Source of the DNA: Octopus sinensis
Taxonomy: Eukaryota
DNA: 64,000 nucleotides
Direction: 5' to 3'
NCBI RefSeq assembly: GCF_006345805.1
Contig: NC_043009.1
Location: 13,330,001-13,394,000 of the forward strand
Positions 1 to 13,316 of this stretch are shown piece by piece. A program made the position numbers and the translations under genes. How positions within the stretch are numbered: position 1 is the stretch's first letter; the number at the start of each line of letters is the position of its first letter. The notes under the pieces were generated by a model that worked only from the letters and a program-made list of their open reading frames with translations, was not told the origin of the DNA and made no database searches.

Positions 1-389
1 TCAATTAAACATTCACTTATTTCTGTTTGTTTTTAGCTGTTTCAGACATCACAAAAGTTGTATAGGGATTGCATCGATGAATTTATTCCACAAATTATCA
101 GCTGTAAACCAATAAAATTTCGATGCGTTGTGTAATCTGCTTTACATGAAGTCAAGCTAATTACTATCTTGCAAATATTTTTAAATAGATTGCTATATAT
201 CACCGATAGTCAGATGTAGCCATACTTTCTGTATTTTTAATTATATGTGTTTGAAAGTGTGCATAAATCTACTTGTGTATCTAGTGGTATTTTATATAAA
301 AATACGTGAATTTGACTAAGCATATTACAGTGGTGCAGACATATACACTGTGTGACTGAAATACACACGATACACCTAACTTCATTCTT

Positions 390-800
390 GCGTGGCTGTT
401 TGGTAGGAAGCTCGCTTGCTAATCACATGGGTCTGGGTTCAGTCCCATTGCATGGCAGCTTGGGCAAGTGTGTTCTATATCCTCGCGCCAACGAAAGCTT
501 TGTGGTAGAGGGAAACTGAAAGAATTCCGTCGTATATATGTATATATATAAATATATGTGACTGTGTGTTTGTTTATGTGTGTGTGTGTGTGTGTCTTTG
601 TCCCCACACCATCGCTTAACAACTGATGTTTGCTTTTACATACACGTAACTTAGCGATCCGGCAAAATGGGACAATAGAATAAGTATGAGGCTTACAAAG
701 AACAAATCTTGGGGTTGATTTCTTCGACTAAAAAACCTTTAGGGTGGTGCTGCAGCATGGACATAGTCGAAATGACTGAAATATATAAAAGGATGAAATA
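390..800 (+). mobile_element. tRNA-derived composite SINE (family B) with internal (TA)n(TG)n tract, degenerate
   Basis: Same order of blocks as the copies at 10233, 40797 and 48307: GTGGCTGT(G/T)TGGTA head, GGGTTCAGTCCC B-box, CTTGGGCAAGTG CORE-like motif, GGAAACTGAAAGAA, microsatellite, tail ending CAGCATGG..ATGACTGAAA. Confidence 0.85.
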
Positions 801-869
801 ACAGCAGACATACACACACACACACACACATTCACACAAACACATATATAAGAGTGACTAAGAGTTCAA

Positions 870-1600
870 GGCCAAACGGGCACAGACTATCAAGAACTCA
901 TTAGGCCCACTCGAATACTCTCGGAACTCAGAATGATTGGCGAACCCCAGAGAAGATATTCAAGTGATTCTCAGAGATACCCACAATGACAAACTCAGAG
1001 ACTAAGCCCTCGGTGTCACCTCAAACTCCAGTGGAACTGAATGTTCAAGAAACAAGCTTAACATCAACTGTCCATTATGGAAATAAATAAAAGAGGTGGG
1101 GTAAAAGCAGATCAGGATCAGCTCCTGGCCCAAGAGAGGTATACCTTATAAAGCATACAAGAAATGATTGTTGTTCCTTCGGGGGCTGTGGATGCTGTTC
1201 CGAAATATCTGGACAACGGGGAATATTCCGTCAGGCTGGAAGAAGGCAGAAGGCTGTTTCGTACCAGAAGAAAGGAATTCCTCAGCTATTAACCAAGTCA
1301 CAACTATCTCACTTGAGGGGAAAATCTTTTCAATATTGGTCAAAAGCATGATCTCGCATTGACTGAAAATGGATACATAAATACCTCTGTCTAGAAAGCC
1401 AGGGTTCTAAATTTCTTGGGATATCCGGAATACGCCGGACTTCTCAACCAGATGATCTGGGAGACCAACAGAAGCAAAGACGACTTCCCAGTGGATCAAC
1501 TAGTTCTGACAAATACGTACAGATCATCTCCTCATTCCCTCATATATAACGGCTCTCGACAGCTACCGTATCAATCTGCAAATTGCCAGCTACTTTAGAC
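870..1600 (+). pseudogene. Degenerate non-LTR retrotransposon RT fragment (Hero/R2-group-like)
   Basis: Broken frames give RSGSAPGP..IPYKAYKKC, IWTTGNIPSGWKKAEGCFVPEE, ISLEGKIFSIL and LTNTYRSSPHSLI, matching early RT motifs of RLE-type LINEs as I recall them. Confidence 0.7.
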
Positions 1601-1734
1601 ACATCCAGTTATGCTTCAAAACAGTCAGCTTTACAACCTGGTAGCAAGATCTGGAGAAATGAATCATAACTGGTTGCACAATATGTCGCATCCCTTTTAT
1701 CGTTGGAATGTATCTTCTCATAATAGCTGCTGAT

Positions 1735-1822
1735 AAAGAAATCCAAGTTACGGCCTGAGTTCAAATTCATCCGAGGGCGACTTTGCCCTTCAAATTGCTG
1801 GTTTTGTGCCAAAATTCGAAAC
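1735..1822 (+). mobile_element. SINE family A remnant
   Basis: CTGAGTTCAAATTC..GGGCGACTTTGCC and tail TTGCTGGTTTTGTGCCAAAATTCGAAA, shared with other copies in the window. Confidence 0.55.
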
Positions 1823-2369
1823 AAATACATCATACTAAAGAAAAGTGCATTAGTATGAAAATACTCAGATGTTCTTTCTCCATTTCACTATTGTTGATAT
1901 GTGAGGAAACTATGTATAGAAAAATAATTTCTCTCGTGTACTGAAAAGCCTGTACATAACAAGATTTTATTGATAAAATTAATTGTAACGACGCCTACAT
2001 CCGAAGTACATTCTACTTAAAACCAAGGACATAGAAATTATCAACCCAGACAGAACTATTAATAGAAACAATCACCATCTGCTTTTATGCACCGGTGAGA
2101 AAATCAAAATTAAGCAAACAATTATTCAGCTTCTTAATGAAAGGTCTCTTAAACAACATAAAACATTTAGTAAAAATAATTTTAGCACATTTAAGTGTGT
2201 AAGTACCTAACTCTTTCATTTTCAGCCTCGATGGGAGAAAAGAACACACATTTTTTCAAAACATTGCAGAAATAACATGTAATTATGTAACAGACGAATG
2301 TTCTTTGAGTAACCTCAGTTTATGAGTTTGATGAAATCTAGTGAAGTTCAAATGACAGAAAAAAAGTTG

Positions 2370-2796
2370 GGATCTTTTCGGTTTGAACGGCAGTTTTTAA
2401 CATAATTTCTAGATAACTAAAAAAATTTAAACTTCGTATACTGGTAGAATGTGTTTATAAAACATCTATTTCTCTTGGCTTTATTGAGAAAATTCTATAG
2501 TTTGTAAGATATTTGTTGTTTTTTTCTTCAATTTCTGCAATTTCAACCAATCACTGGCGTATTTGAGGTAAAAAAAAAACATTCTGTGCCGTATGAATAT
2601 GTCCCTCGGTTAAGAAACAGATTGGGTTTATTTACATTTGTGAAGAAAAAAAGACACCCTTCACCCCACCCCTAACTAACCCTAACTAACCCTAAAACAA
2701 ATTGAAATGCAATAGATCGATACTAGGGTCATAATTATGGGTGACAATTTCATATGACACCGCTAGAAAAAACTGCCGTTCAAACCGAAAAGATCC
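2370..2796. mobile_element. MITE, Merlin-like non-autonomous DNA transposon
   Basis: Perfect 29-bp TIRs GGATCTTTTCGGTTTGAACGGCAGTTTTT and exact 8-bp TSD AAAAGTTG (2362-2369, 2797-2804). GG..CC termini with an 8-9 bp TSD are typical of Merlin. Confidence 0.85.
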
Positions 2797-5297
2797 AAAA
2801 GTTGGAGTATTTCCACGATGACCAAGAAATGATAGGAAAATCTCAGCTTGAAATTACCATGTTTTGATTGTATCGCTGGGAAGATTTTTAAAAGCCTAAC
2901 AATAAATCTATCCAAGATAAATTTTGTCTAATATTTGAAATTATATTTCAGATATATACTATTCAAGAGATAGTAGTTTTGGATTACCACCTGTAATACC
3001 CGGAAGCGTCAAACTCAGCGTACTGGCAATTTAGGACCTTCAAACATACATACATACGTAGATTCATACATAGATACATACATACGTTTCTATGCATATG
3101 TATGTATGCATATGTATGTGTGTATGTGTGTGTGTGTGGCAGCCTGTATTTATATATGTATGAAATTAGATTTGCATTTTTTTATTGCTATATTTTCTCT
3201 CTTACATTGTTTGTATTTATTTCTAACTTGCACTCAACTTGTATTCCAAATTGTATTTATATCAATTCTGCGCACAGCACTTAATTAATTTAGATCACGT
3301 CTATCATTTTCATTCTAGTTTATCCTTCTGTTTATAAACCCATATATGTCCAAAATATACGCGTAGAATTTTGGAGTCTAAAATTTCGAAACCTAGAATA
3401 AATAACTGCTTAAATATTTTCAGTAATATATCATTGAATGTGCCTACAATGTACACGTAAAATATTATAAAGTTATTATAAGAACGATAGAGTCGGAGTG
3501 GAAGGGCGAGAGAAATAGTGGGAAAAGAAAGAGAGAGGCGGAGAGAGAAGTTTCTGTTACTAACATCACGCTCAATAGATGAGATTTCTGATGAATCATT
3601 CATGGGATAAGTGACGCGAACAAGGGTTGTTCTTCAGCTCAATGGCAGTTTGGCTCTACGAAACCGAATCATAAGATGAATACTTAGATAAATTGCCACC
3701 TGAGAGATGTGAAGTTTTGAGTAATTCTGTAAATGTATCATATTATATACAAGTTACTTGTAGATAGATATTTTTAAAATAATGCTTCATACAAATATTC
3801 ATACATAAATACATATAATATAAATGTACACAGCTTCACAACCGGTGACTTTGTAGAGGGAAACGTTGTATATATTTGTGCTTGTGTGTTTATTTTGTGA
3901 CCGAAATCGGTACCAAATCTACTGTAAAATTATGAACCATTATATAACATAACTAGTAATATAATGCATCATGTCATACGAATACAATAGATTTATTATT
4001 TATATTAACCGTGGTTTTGTCTGCATTATGGACAACTAACTGCTTATGTATATACTGTTTTCCACACTTCTAAAATCTACACTTCGAGATTCAAGAATAG
4101 CAGAAGTTAAATATAAATACGATAAGTGCGTGTCAAACAGAAGTTAAATGCTGAAATTCAACTGAAACTTACACTTTGATCATCAAACTGAGAAACCGAG
4201 TTATACCTAGGTCTGTTGGAGAATTGTTTCAAACATTTACAATATATACATAAAAAAATCCAATGTTAATAACAATCAATGTGTTAAGACGATATATTTC
4301 ACTCGCAGAGCCTTTCCGGTTAGAATTGCTTTTTTTTCTGACCTCTCATATCTTGGGGTTTGCTAACATATTTAGACTATATTTCTTCCGGTGTCACCTA
4401 GTTTATTACGACACGCGACTTCTGCTTCAGCCATTTAGCTGACGTATGCCGTACCTTTTTACTGTACTTAATCGTTTTCCCTTAGCATTTGTGATTTATA
4501 TGATGTTCGATTTAACCTTTCTATCATATGTATAGAAGTTTAGAGAAATATGAAATTTTGATTTTATTGAGCAGCTTTAAAAGGATACGATACATATAAA
4601 GATTAAAAGGCAAACAAACAAAACAGTCGAAATTTGTTTCCTTATAGATGTGATCCAGGATGTAAAATGAGGGCGGGAATATTCCTCGATGGAAATAGTT
4701 GAATCTTACTGGTTGTTTGCTCATTGTAATCCAAGGAATTTTACATAAAAAAATCAATTAAATTGATGAACAGTATTTACTCTTTAATGTTAGTGGCAAG
4801 CTGTGATGTGCTACAGATAATTCATAATGTGTAGGCGAAGCAGAATCGATTAAACGCTCATTTCTCTTACATTTTAAAAGTGAAGTATCTAAAGAGCAAG
4901 CACTCAAACCGAAAGTCTCTATGAATTTGTAACAAAAATAGCAATGATTTCATTCATGCTGGAATGAAATTTTCTGCAAAATGAGTTTTTACTTTATATC
5001 AACTCTAGACTGTTTCCAATTCAATATGCATATTTTATAGATGTTGGCAGATTAAACAGATAAAGTTGTGGATATTGCAATGTTAAGCAGAACGTGTATG
5101 GATTAATCAAAATTAGCACTATCCTTACCTCTTAGAAAATAATCATAGATAACTAATGGATAACAGTTAATACCCATATATATATATTAACTGCACAATC
5201 GTAGCATTCGAGTAAATGTTAACTGAATAAACACTGTGTGATCCTGATTAAGTACATTTAATGCATTGGTTTTGAAAAGTTAAATCCCTTATACACC

Positions 5298-5662
<365 letters not shown>

Positions 5663-6294
5663 TAAACACCTCGTGTCAGAATCCCTATTCCTCTATTAAT
5701 TCCCATCAATCTAATGTTGAATGTTGCCATAGTTAATTCATCAATTTTGAGAATGATCACGCGGCTTCAAAGTTAATTAATTTAAAGACCCGCAAATTCC
5801 ACCTCGGACGTTCGTACATCTGATGCTGTGTTATAATATTTAGTGGGGAGAGGTCATTCGATTTAATTTTTCTAAGTCGCTATTTTTATATTTCCTCTGC
5901 AATTTATTGAATTTTTTATTGCACATTTGAATCTGGTGCTTTTCCAAACGTGGATATTGATATTTTACTATAAAGCAAATAAAACGAGAATATCTTTCAG
6001 TTTTATAATCAGTTTTGCTTTTTGCAAACTAAATAATCTGAAATCAATCAACTAAACTGTTATCGTTAACTACTGATTCCTTTGATCTAAGGCATATGGT
6101 TCAGTTTAAGTTACAATGAAGCCCAGAGCTTAAGTCGTAACATAAGTTTGAAGACTTCTCGACGGATATTGCTTTTAAAAGTGTTAAATCCAATGCAATA
6201 TGGAACATAGTTTATTGTATAGACTTTCTGTTAAAAAGATCAATTATTTTTAAAACAGACTAAATTTAACAGATTGCATGAATGGAAAAGAATA

Positions 6295-6807
6295 CAACGT
6301 AAATCCTCGAGTATATTCCGCATTTTTTACCAAAATTTAAAGGTCACAATTCCTAGTGCGTATAATACACGAGGTTAAAAATGAAAATTATTTTCTAAGC
6401 AATGTTCGAGTCTCTATTTGCTGCCCGGCAATGTTTATTCAAACGCATTTTGTGATGTCGGGCGCGAAAATACCTTAAGCTAAACTTGAAAGCAATGAAG
6501 TCTTAAAAGAATCATCCGTAACTTGTAGTAAGCAACATTTATTAAAAGTTATTATTGTTATTTCTTTATTTTCTGCAAACAAAATGCACAAAAACGCTAC
6601 ACGTTATATATATGTTATATATACAATAAGAATAAAGTATGTTACCGTATACATTTTTACAAACCCAGGACGTTATATAGACCTCCTTAACTCAAGTTAG
6701 AGAAGGGGTGCGTATTATACACAAGGTTTAGATTTTTTATAGGTACAGCTCCCTAAAACTCCCCTGCGTATTATACTCAAGGATGGACTATACTCGAGGG
6801 TTTACGG
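6295..6807. mobile_element. TA-flanked MITE (Tc1/mariner-pogo type)
   Basis: Imperfect TIRs (ta)CAACGTAAATCCTCGAGTATA and TATACTCGAGGGTTTACGG(ta), with internal subterminal GCGTATTATAC repeats. Confidence 0.7.
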
Positions 6808-6869
6808 TAATATCCCATCGAAATATAAATTCTTTTTTAAGAAAACAAGATATCAAGTAGAATATGAGA

Positions 6870-7560
6870 GAGAGATAACAGTTTTCTGAAAGTAACCACT
6901 CTCAATTTTCACCACAGTATGAAAACAGCGAAGCAGCCAAGTGCATGCATTCCTCATTGTGTCCCTGGGAATATCCGAATACTTCCTTGATCTTGGTTAC
7001 CAGCACTGGTTAAGTGTTGCGGGCAGTGCGATTGATGTCTTTCTCAACTGTGCTCCACAAACTATTTCATAGGATTACAACAGGAGGGGTTGTGAGAAAT
7101 TGCCGCTGGTGAAGTTGTTGAAATTCTCCGACAATCACTTCTGACCTTTTCCGGAGGTACGGCAAAGAGCCGATTCCTGCTGCCACATATACAGCCTTTC
7201 AGCAACAATCCTCTTCAGCTAGAGATTTACAGCAGTCTGCAGTTACTTCACATAGCCGTCTGAACTAAGCCTAGTATCCTGTTCAAAAATGGGGCGATGA
7301 ATTCTTGCTGTCTCCCTTTCTGCTGCACGTGGCTTCTTAGTGTCCGTCGAGTTGGTCCACGTCTCGTCTTACATTCTTTCCAGCATTCACAGAACGTTGA
7401 TCAGCGGCTTTGGTGCCGCCGTTTTCATACTCAATGCGATTCATCATGATACAAGTAACCCTTTTCTAGTATTCAAATGACTTCCAGTCCTCTTGTCCAA
7501 CTTTTTCTCAACTACAAATTTCATCTTTTTGCTCTCAAACGCCCATGACTATCCAATAAT
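6870..7560 (-). pseudogene. Degenerate Tc1/mariner transposase (maT/DD37D-like)
   Basis: Reverse-strand pieces LYMWQQESALCRTSGKGQK.LSENF (WQQDSAP motif) and LWSTVEKDINRTARNT..LVTKIKEVF. Confidence 0.7.
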
Positions 7561-9031
7561 GCCTCAAGCAGTTTCTCTAAAAAGGAGTCATAACAAGTCA
7601 TCATATTTATCCCGAATATCGTATATAAATATTTAGCATAATTTCAGCTTAAATGGGTTTTGCTACCCACTTCCCTTTTTGCCCTATTACATATGTAGTA
7701 AAGACTTATCCCATATATGAGATTAGTGATAAGCATAAGAGGCTGGATTATCATTTGGAAACATAACCATTTTTCAGTTAAGTCACATGAACAGTGCTGG
7801 AGCACAGTAGAAGAAGAGGAAAAAACTCCATCAATGACCTTATAAAACAAAAGTTATACGACGAGAAAATATGGGTGTATGAGTATAACTGTCTTTAAAC
7901 AGGTACTGGTTTAAGATAGATATTGCTGATATTCTCAGCATAATTGTAAAAGTTACTGTGAAAAAGTTCACTTCATTATAATTCTAAGCACAACAAACTG
8001 AGAATAGGTGTTACATTCCTGAACGAATTACATTGAGGTGTAAAGCAATGAAAAAGATTCTATGCCGTCATACACTTCTTTCTGATCAGCTACAGCCGTA
8101 TTAAACAAAAAATACGAGATGAAAAAGAACCCCCAAAACCTATTAATATTGTAAGTTGGGATTACTTATCTGTGAACACACGTGATTATCACACGTTCAT
8201 TTTTCTGTTCATAGGTGTACTTCATCTGGTTAGACGAGTCCTGGGGTTAATATAGACACCAGTAATTTATTAGAATGGACAGTGTTAGGCAATATACCTG
8301 TTGAATGTTTATTAAATCCGAACAAATTCTCTGAAAGATTTATGGAAGGAAATAAAAATCTACTTAAATATATACATTATTGAATTACTTTATGAATATC
8401 CAGTATTTAGCTATATCCCTGGTGTGACTCATTCGATTATTTGACATTACAATCTCTTATTGCTACATACATTATGTAATATGAAATACAATGCAAATAA
8501 CGGTTAAAGTAATATGAAATAGAAGCATCGATGAGGCTATGTTGGTATTCTATGATAGCATAAAGTATAATATAAATTAGACGATGTTAATGACATGAGA
8601 TTACCATTACACTCATATAGTATTTCATTAATGCAGCTGCTTAGGGAAGTATTAAATATTTAAAATTTTTGAAATCAAATATTGTGCAGTGTTAAACATA
8701 AAAGACTACGACTAATTATCAGTTAAGTTTAACGGTAAATAGATAATATTACACGTAATTTTATTACACTTATTAGTTTCAGGATATGTAGCGAAGTAAA
8801 GTGGTTCCTGGCAAGATTTTCTTAAGAAACTTGTATACATGTTGACACATTCTTTCATGGATAAATTCAGCAATAAGCAGAAATACTAAAGTAATTAACC
8901 ACATCATATCGTAACACCTATGTCGCTTATCATCAGATTATGATAATAAATAATGTGTTTAATACAAAACATGGTAAATAGACGGAAAACTATTCTCGCA
9001 CACCTCTGCTTTTCATAACAAGTAGGTGATC

Positions 9032-9265
9032 AATTTATTTACTACCCACAAGGGGATAAACACAGAGACGACAAACAAGGACAGACAAACGGAATAAGTC
9101 GATTACATCGACCCCAGTGTGTAACTGGTACTTAATTTATCGATCCCGAAAGGATGAAAGGCAAAGTCGGCCTCGGCGGAATTTGAACTCAGAACGTAAC
9201 GGCAGACAAAGTACGGTTACGCATTTCGCCCGGCGTGCTAACGTTTCTGCCACCTCGACGGCTTT
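9032..9265 (-). mobile_element. tRNA-derived SINE family A, full length with TSD
   Basis: Reverse complement of the 63571 copy. Flanked by TAACAAGTAG(G/A)T(G/T)ATC at 9016-9031 and 9266-9281. Confidence 0.9.
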
Positions 9266-9834
9266 TAACAAGTAGATTATCCTTAATATGTATTTATTAT
9301 CATTCATTTCCGCTCCGTATACTGAGTCTGGCCGATAATACTTGATGGAATTTCTGAAATCCAGAAACCTCTAAAATCAAAGGAAATTTTGAGCAACAGC
9401 ATCATCAGGAATGGAAATTCTGACGCTCTACTTTCTCCAAAAAAGGAAATGTGACGATGAAACTGGCATTAAATGAAAATGTACAACAGGAAAGCGATAT
9501 AAGGCTATTTTATGTGATTAGCAAGCTGGACTGAACATATAATATACGGGTTGGGTTCGGTAAAATCCAAGCGTTCCAAAATCGAAATTGTTATATTGGG
9601 GACGCTTTTCAATTAAAATCTATTTTATGTAGTACGTAACTGTATTAATACCAATATTTTTTAAAACTATCTCTACGGTTTAAGGTGTGTTGTTAAAGGA
9701 AAATAGACAACGAGTTTATATATCAATCCCAAACCCTACCTACCTAGAAATATATAGCTCAACGACAGTGGGTTGCAGTTTTTATACTCTTACCCAGGAG
9801 TATTTAAGTCGATTATATCGACCCACTTTTTAAC

Positions 9835-9930
9835 TGTACTTGTTTCAGAACTTAAGGACGGATGCAATACTCCTAAGCATTTCGACCGACGTGCTAACGA
9901 TTCTGCCAGCTTGCCGTCTTTTGTGCAAGA
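9835..9930 (-). mobile_element. SINE family A head remnant
   Basis: GCATTTCGACCGACGTGCTAACGATTCTGCCAGCTTGCCG matches the reverse complement of the family A head. Confidence 0.7.
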
Positions 9931-10232
9931 TCAAAGTGAAGAAATATATATAATCCTTCTGAAATCTGAATCACACCTTTTCTCAAGCATATTCGATTGA
10001 TATTTTTCAACTTGTAGGGCAAAATAGTGACCAGAAATTACTGTAAATAATTAATTGTAATTTGATAGATTTTAATAGCAACTGAGCATGGATGTACGTA
10101 GACAAGTACGTACAACAATCCTCAGTTGCTGTTAAAAATCTAGTAAAACATGATTCTGAGGAAATCAAAACAGTCATCACGATATATTCTTCCTGGAAAC
10201 AAATTCATAATTATTGATTCTAACTCTCTGTT

Positions 10233-10359
10233 GGCGCAGCAGTGGTTGTGTGGTAAGTAGCTTGCTTACGCACCTTGGGCAGGTGTCTTCTACTATAGCC
10301 TCGCGTCGACCAAAGCCTTGTGAGTGGATTTGGTAGACGGAAACTGAAAGAAGCCCGTC

Positions 10360-10425
<66 letters not shown>

Positions 10426-10636
10426 TTGTGTGTTTGTCTTTGTCCCCCCAACATCGCTTGACAACCGATGCTGGTGTTTTTACCTCCCCGTAACTAAGCG
10501 GTTCGGCAAAAGCAACCGATAGAATAACTACTAGGCTTATAAATAATAAGTCCTGGGGTCGATTTGTTCGACTAAAGGCGATGCTCCAGCATGGCCACAG
10601 TCACATGACTGAAACAAGTAAAAGAGTAAAAGAGTA
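10233..10636 (+). mobile_element. SINE family B, B-box region deleted
   Basis: Family B blocks present; lacks the ~35 bp containing GGTTCAGTC seen in other copies; tail ends in GTAAAAGA repeats. Confidence 0.9.
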
Positions 10637-10905
10637 TCGACAGACATAGGTGCCGTATCGGAAGACATCGGCGATTCTAATTTCGATCAGTGGTATCCTG
10701 TTGCATGTTGCTGGTTTATTGACAGATCACTCTGCCTTTCTCTGGATTTATTGACATTGCTCGTGAAGCACACCACTTATTCAGTCTTTATAACTTGATA
10801 ATAGATAACGTCCTCAGAAATCGTCCTATTCAAGATACACAATACTTGTAATTACACTCGACAATACGCAACTCTCGGCTTTACACAGCTCACCGACTAA
10901 ATATG

Positions 10906-12142
10906 TCTTTATTTTGGCACTACGGCTATTCGCACAGAGAGGACGGCACAAAGACAGACACAACAGTGGCGACAAAAAACATAAAAAGAATGAAATAATG
11001 AAAAAAAAAATGTATAATGAAATCGATGATGATGAAATGGCTGCATTGAGCCCCACTCTCAAGCAGTACCATTTCACTGTTAATTTATACAATTTTTGAA
11101 AGTTATCTTTTTTTCTTTTTGCATCTTTTTTCCTATTTTTGAAAAGGTCTATTTCATTTTTTTCCTTTCAAAGGACTCCTTTATTATCATTCATTAATGG
11201 TATTAATTGCTCGTATTTGACTACTTTTGGTAGTTCTTCAAATACAATTTCTTCCCGCAAAGGGTTCACAACATCTTCAAATAGTTCTTTCAACCTTCTA
11301 TACCTTTCTTTGTCAATCATCACACCCTAGAGTTGTTCCGGGTAACTTTCTGTTGGCAGCTTAATCCTTATGGTACCTTTAAACTTCGTTATTTTCCGCC
11401 CAATGTTTTTCACATATCTGACTACATGACATTTTTTCTTATTCCCATTTATATGTTTATGCTCCGGACCTGGGCCATTCGGCTAGTCGTTTCCCTTGGT
11501 TCCTCCGTCTGTACATAAGAATAATCGTCCATAATTATTTGTTCCACCCTATGTTACGATACCTCTGCTGGTATATCTGACTGGTTCCATGGCACCTCCT
11601 CTATTTTCTCCTCTAAAGATAGAGATTGCCCCAGTAGATGCAATGGAGGGATTTCTACGAGAGCTTAAATGACTAACCACCTTCTATACACATGGAAGAA
11701 AATCCGGCACAGTGAAGGTCAGTTACTCCAACGACGAGGACGCTATTACCCACTCCACTGAGCCGATAAGGACACAAGAGCGGGTGCTGCTGCCGACGCA
11801 CTGTGGAAAACGTTTTGCCAGAGTCACCTCCCCACCCCGAGATCGAAGAGGCACGGCTGGTGGCAGCGGTCATGCACGGAATGGAGGCAGATGCAAGAAT
11901 TCTGAAGATAACCAGAACGATGGAAGTCAATCTGAGAAGTTACGGCCTAGAGATGGCGACTGAAGTTGCGTTAAAAGACCTATACGGAATTGTAAAAGAC
12001 ATTCTTCTACTAAAAGACATTACGTTAAGAATGGTAGTGGAGGGAAGACGTCTAACATGTATGTAATAATAACAGTGTGTAATAATTTAACTCGCGTTTA
12101 TTGAAATCAACACCAAAACCAAAAAATTGTGAGGCGATTCTC
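10906..12142 (-). mobile_element. ORF1-only (HAL1-like) retroposon, rearranged copy 2
   Basis: 10906-11614 is colinear with 12143-12855; 11615-12055 is the reverse complement of ~13075-13553; 12084-12142 resembles 13902-13963. Confidence 0.75.
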
Positions 12143-13285
12143 TCTTTATTTTGGCACTGCGGCCATTCACACAGAGGAGACAGCATAAGGACAGACACAG
12201 CAGTGGGGACAAAAAACATAAAACGAATGAAAAACTGGAAATAATGTATACTGAAATCGATGAGGATGAAATGGCTGCATTGAGCCCCATTCTCAAGCAG
12301 TACCATTTCCCTGTTAATTTATATAATTTTTGAAAAATACTTTTTTCCTTTTGGCATCTTTATTCCATCTTTTAAACAGTCTATTTCTCCATTTTTAATT
12401 CTAAAGGATTCATCTATTACCATTCGTTAAAGGTATTAATTTTTCATATTTAAATAATTTTGGTAGTTCCTCAAATTCACTCTCTTCCCCCAAAGGTTTC
12501 ACCTCAATTCCAAATAGTTCTTTCAATCTTCTATACATTTCCTTGTCAATCACCACACCTTTGATGTGTTCCGGGTAACTTTCTGCTGGCAGTTTAATCC
12601 TTATGGCACCTTTAAACTTCGCTATTTTCCGCTCTATGGCGGTGCTTTTCACATATGTGACTTCACGCCACTTTTTTCTTATTCCCATTCACTTGTTTAT
12701 GCTCCGGACCTGGACTGTCCGGCTGGTCGTTTCCCTTGATTCTTCCGTCTGTACATAAAAATAATCGTCCATGATTATTTGTTCCATCCTATGTTACGAT
12801 GCCTCTGCTGGTATATCTGACTGGTACCATGGGACCTCCTCTATTTTCTCTTCTATTTCCTTCATACTTTTTTCTAGCTCTTTGGCGAGAGCTCACCCGC
12901 TTTTTTCTCTTTCGCCTAATAACGATAGTAAGCGTCTCTTCTTTGTTTTTCTGTATTTCCTGTCCCTCCTCTTCGGTGGGATGTTCTTCGCGTGGTTGTT
13001 CCTCCATTTCGCTTTCATGATGAGGATACTTTGTTTTCATGTGCCCTCTTTGTTTACATTGAAAGCATTTTGGAGGTCTTCCTTCCACCACCACTCTTAA
13101 CGTAATGTCTTTTAATAGAAGAATCTTTTCTACAAGTCTGTATAGGTCTTTTAACGCAACTTCAATCGCCATCTCTAGGCTGTAACTCCGCCAATTAGCT
13201 TTCTTCGTTTTGGTTATCTTCAAAATCCTTGCATCTTCCTTCATTCCGTGCATGATTACTGCCACAAGCTATACCTCTTCGATCT

Positions 13286-13316
<31 letters not shown>

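Noticed and set aside
4300-4700. Housekeeping promoter suggested by TTCCGG and GGGCGG motifs
   Set aside because: Short motifs are expected by chance and no downstream exon was identified.
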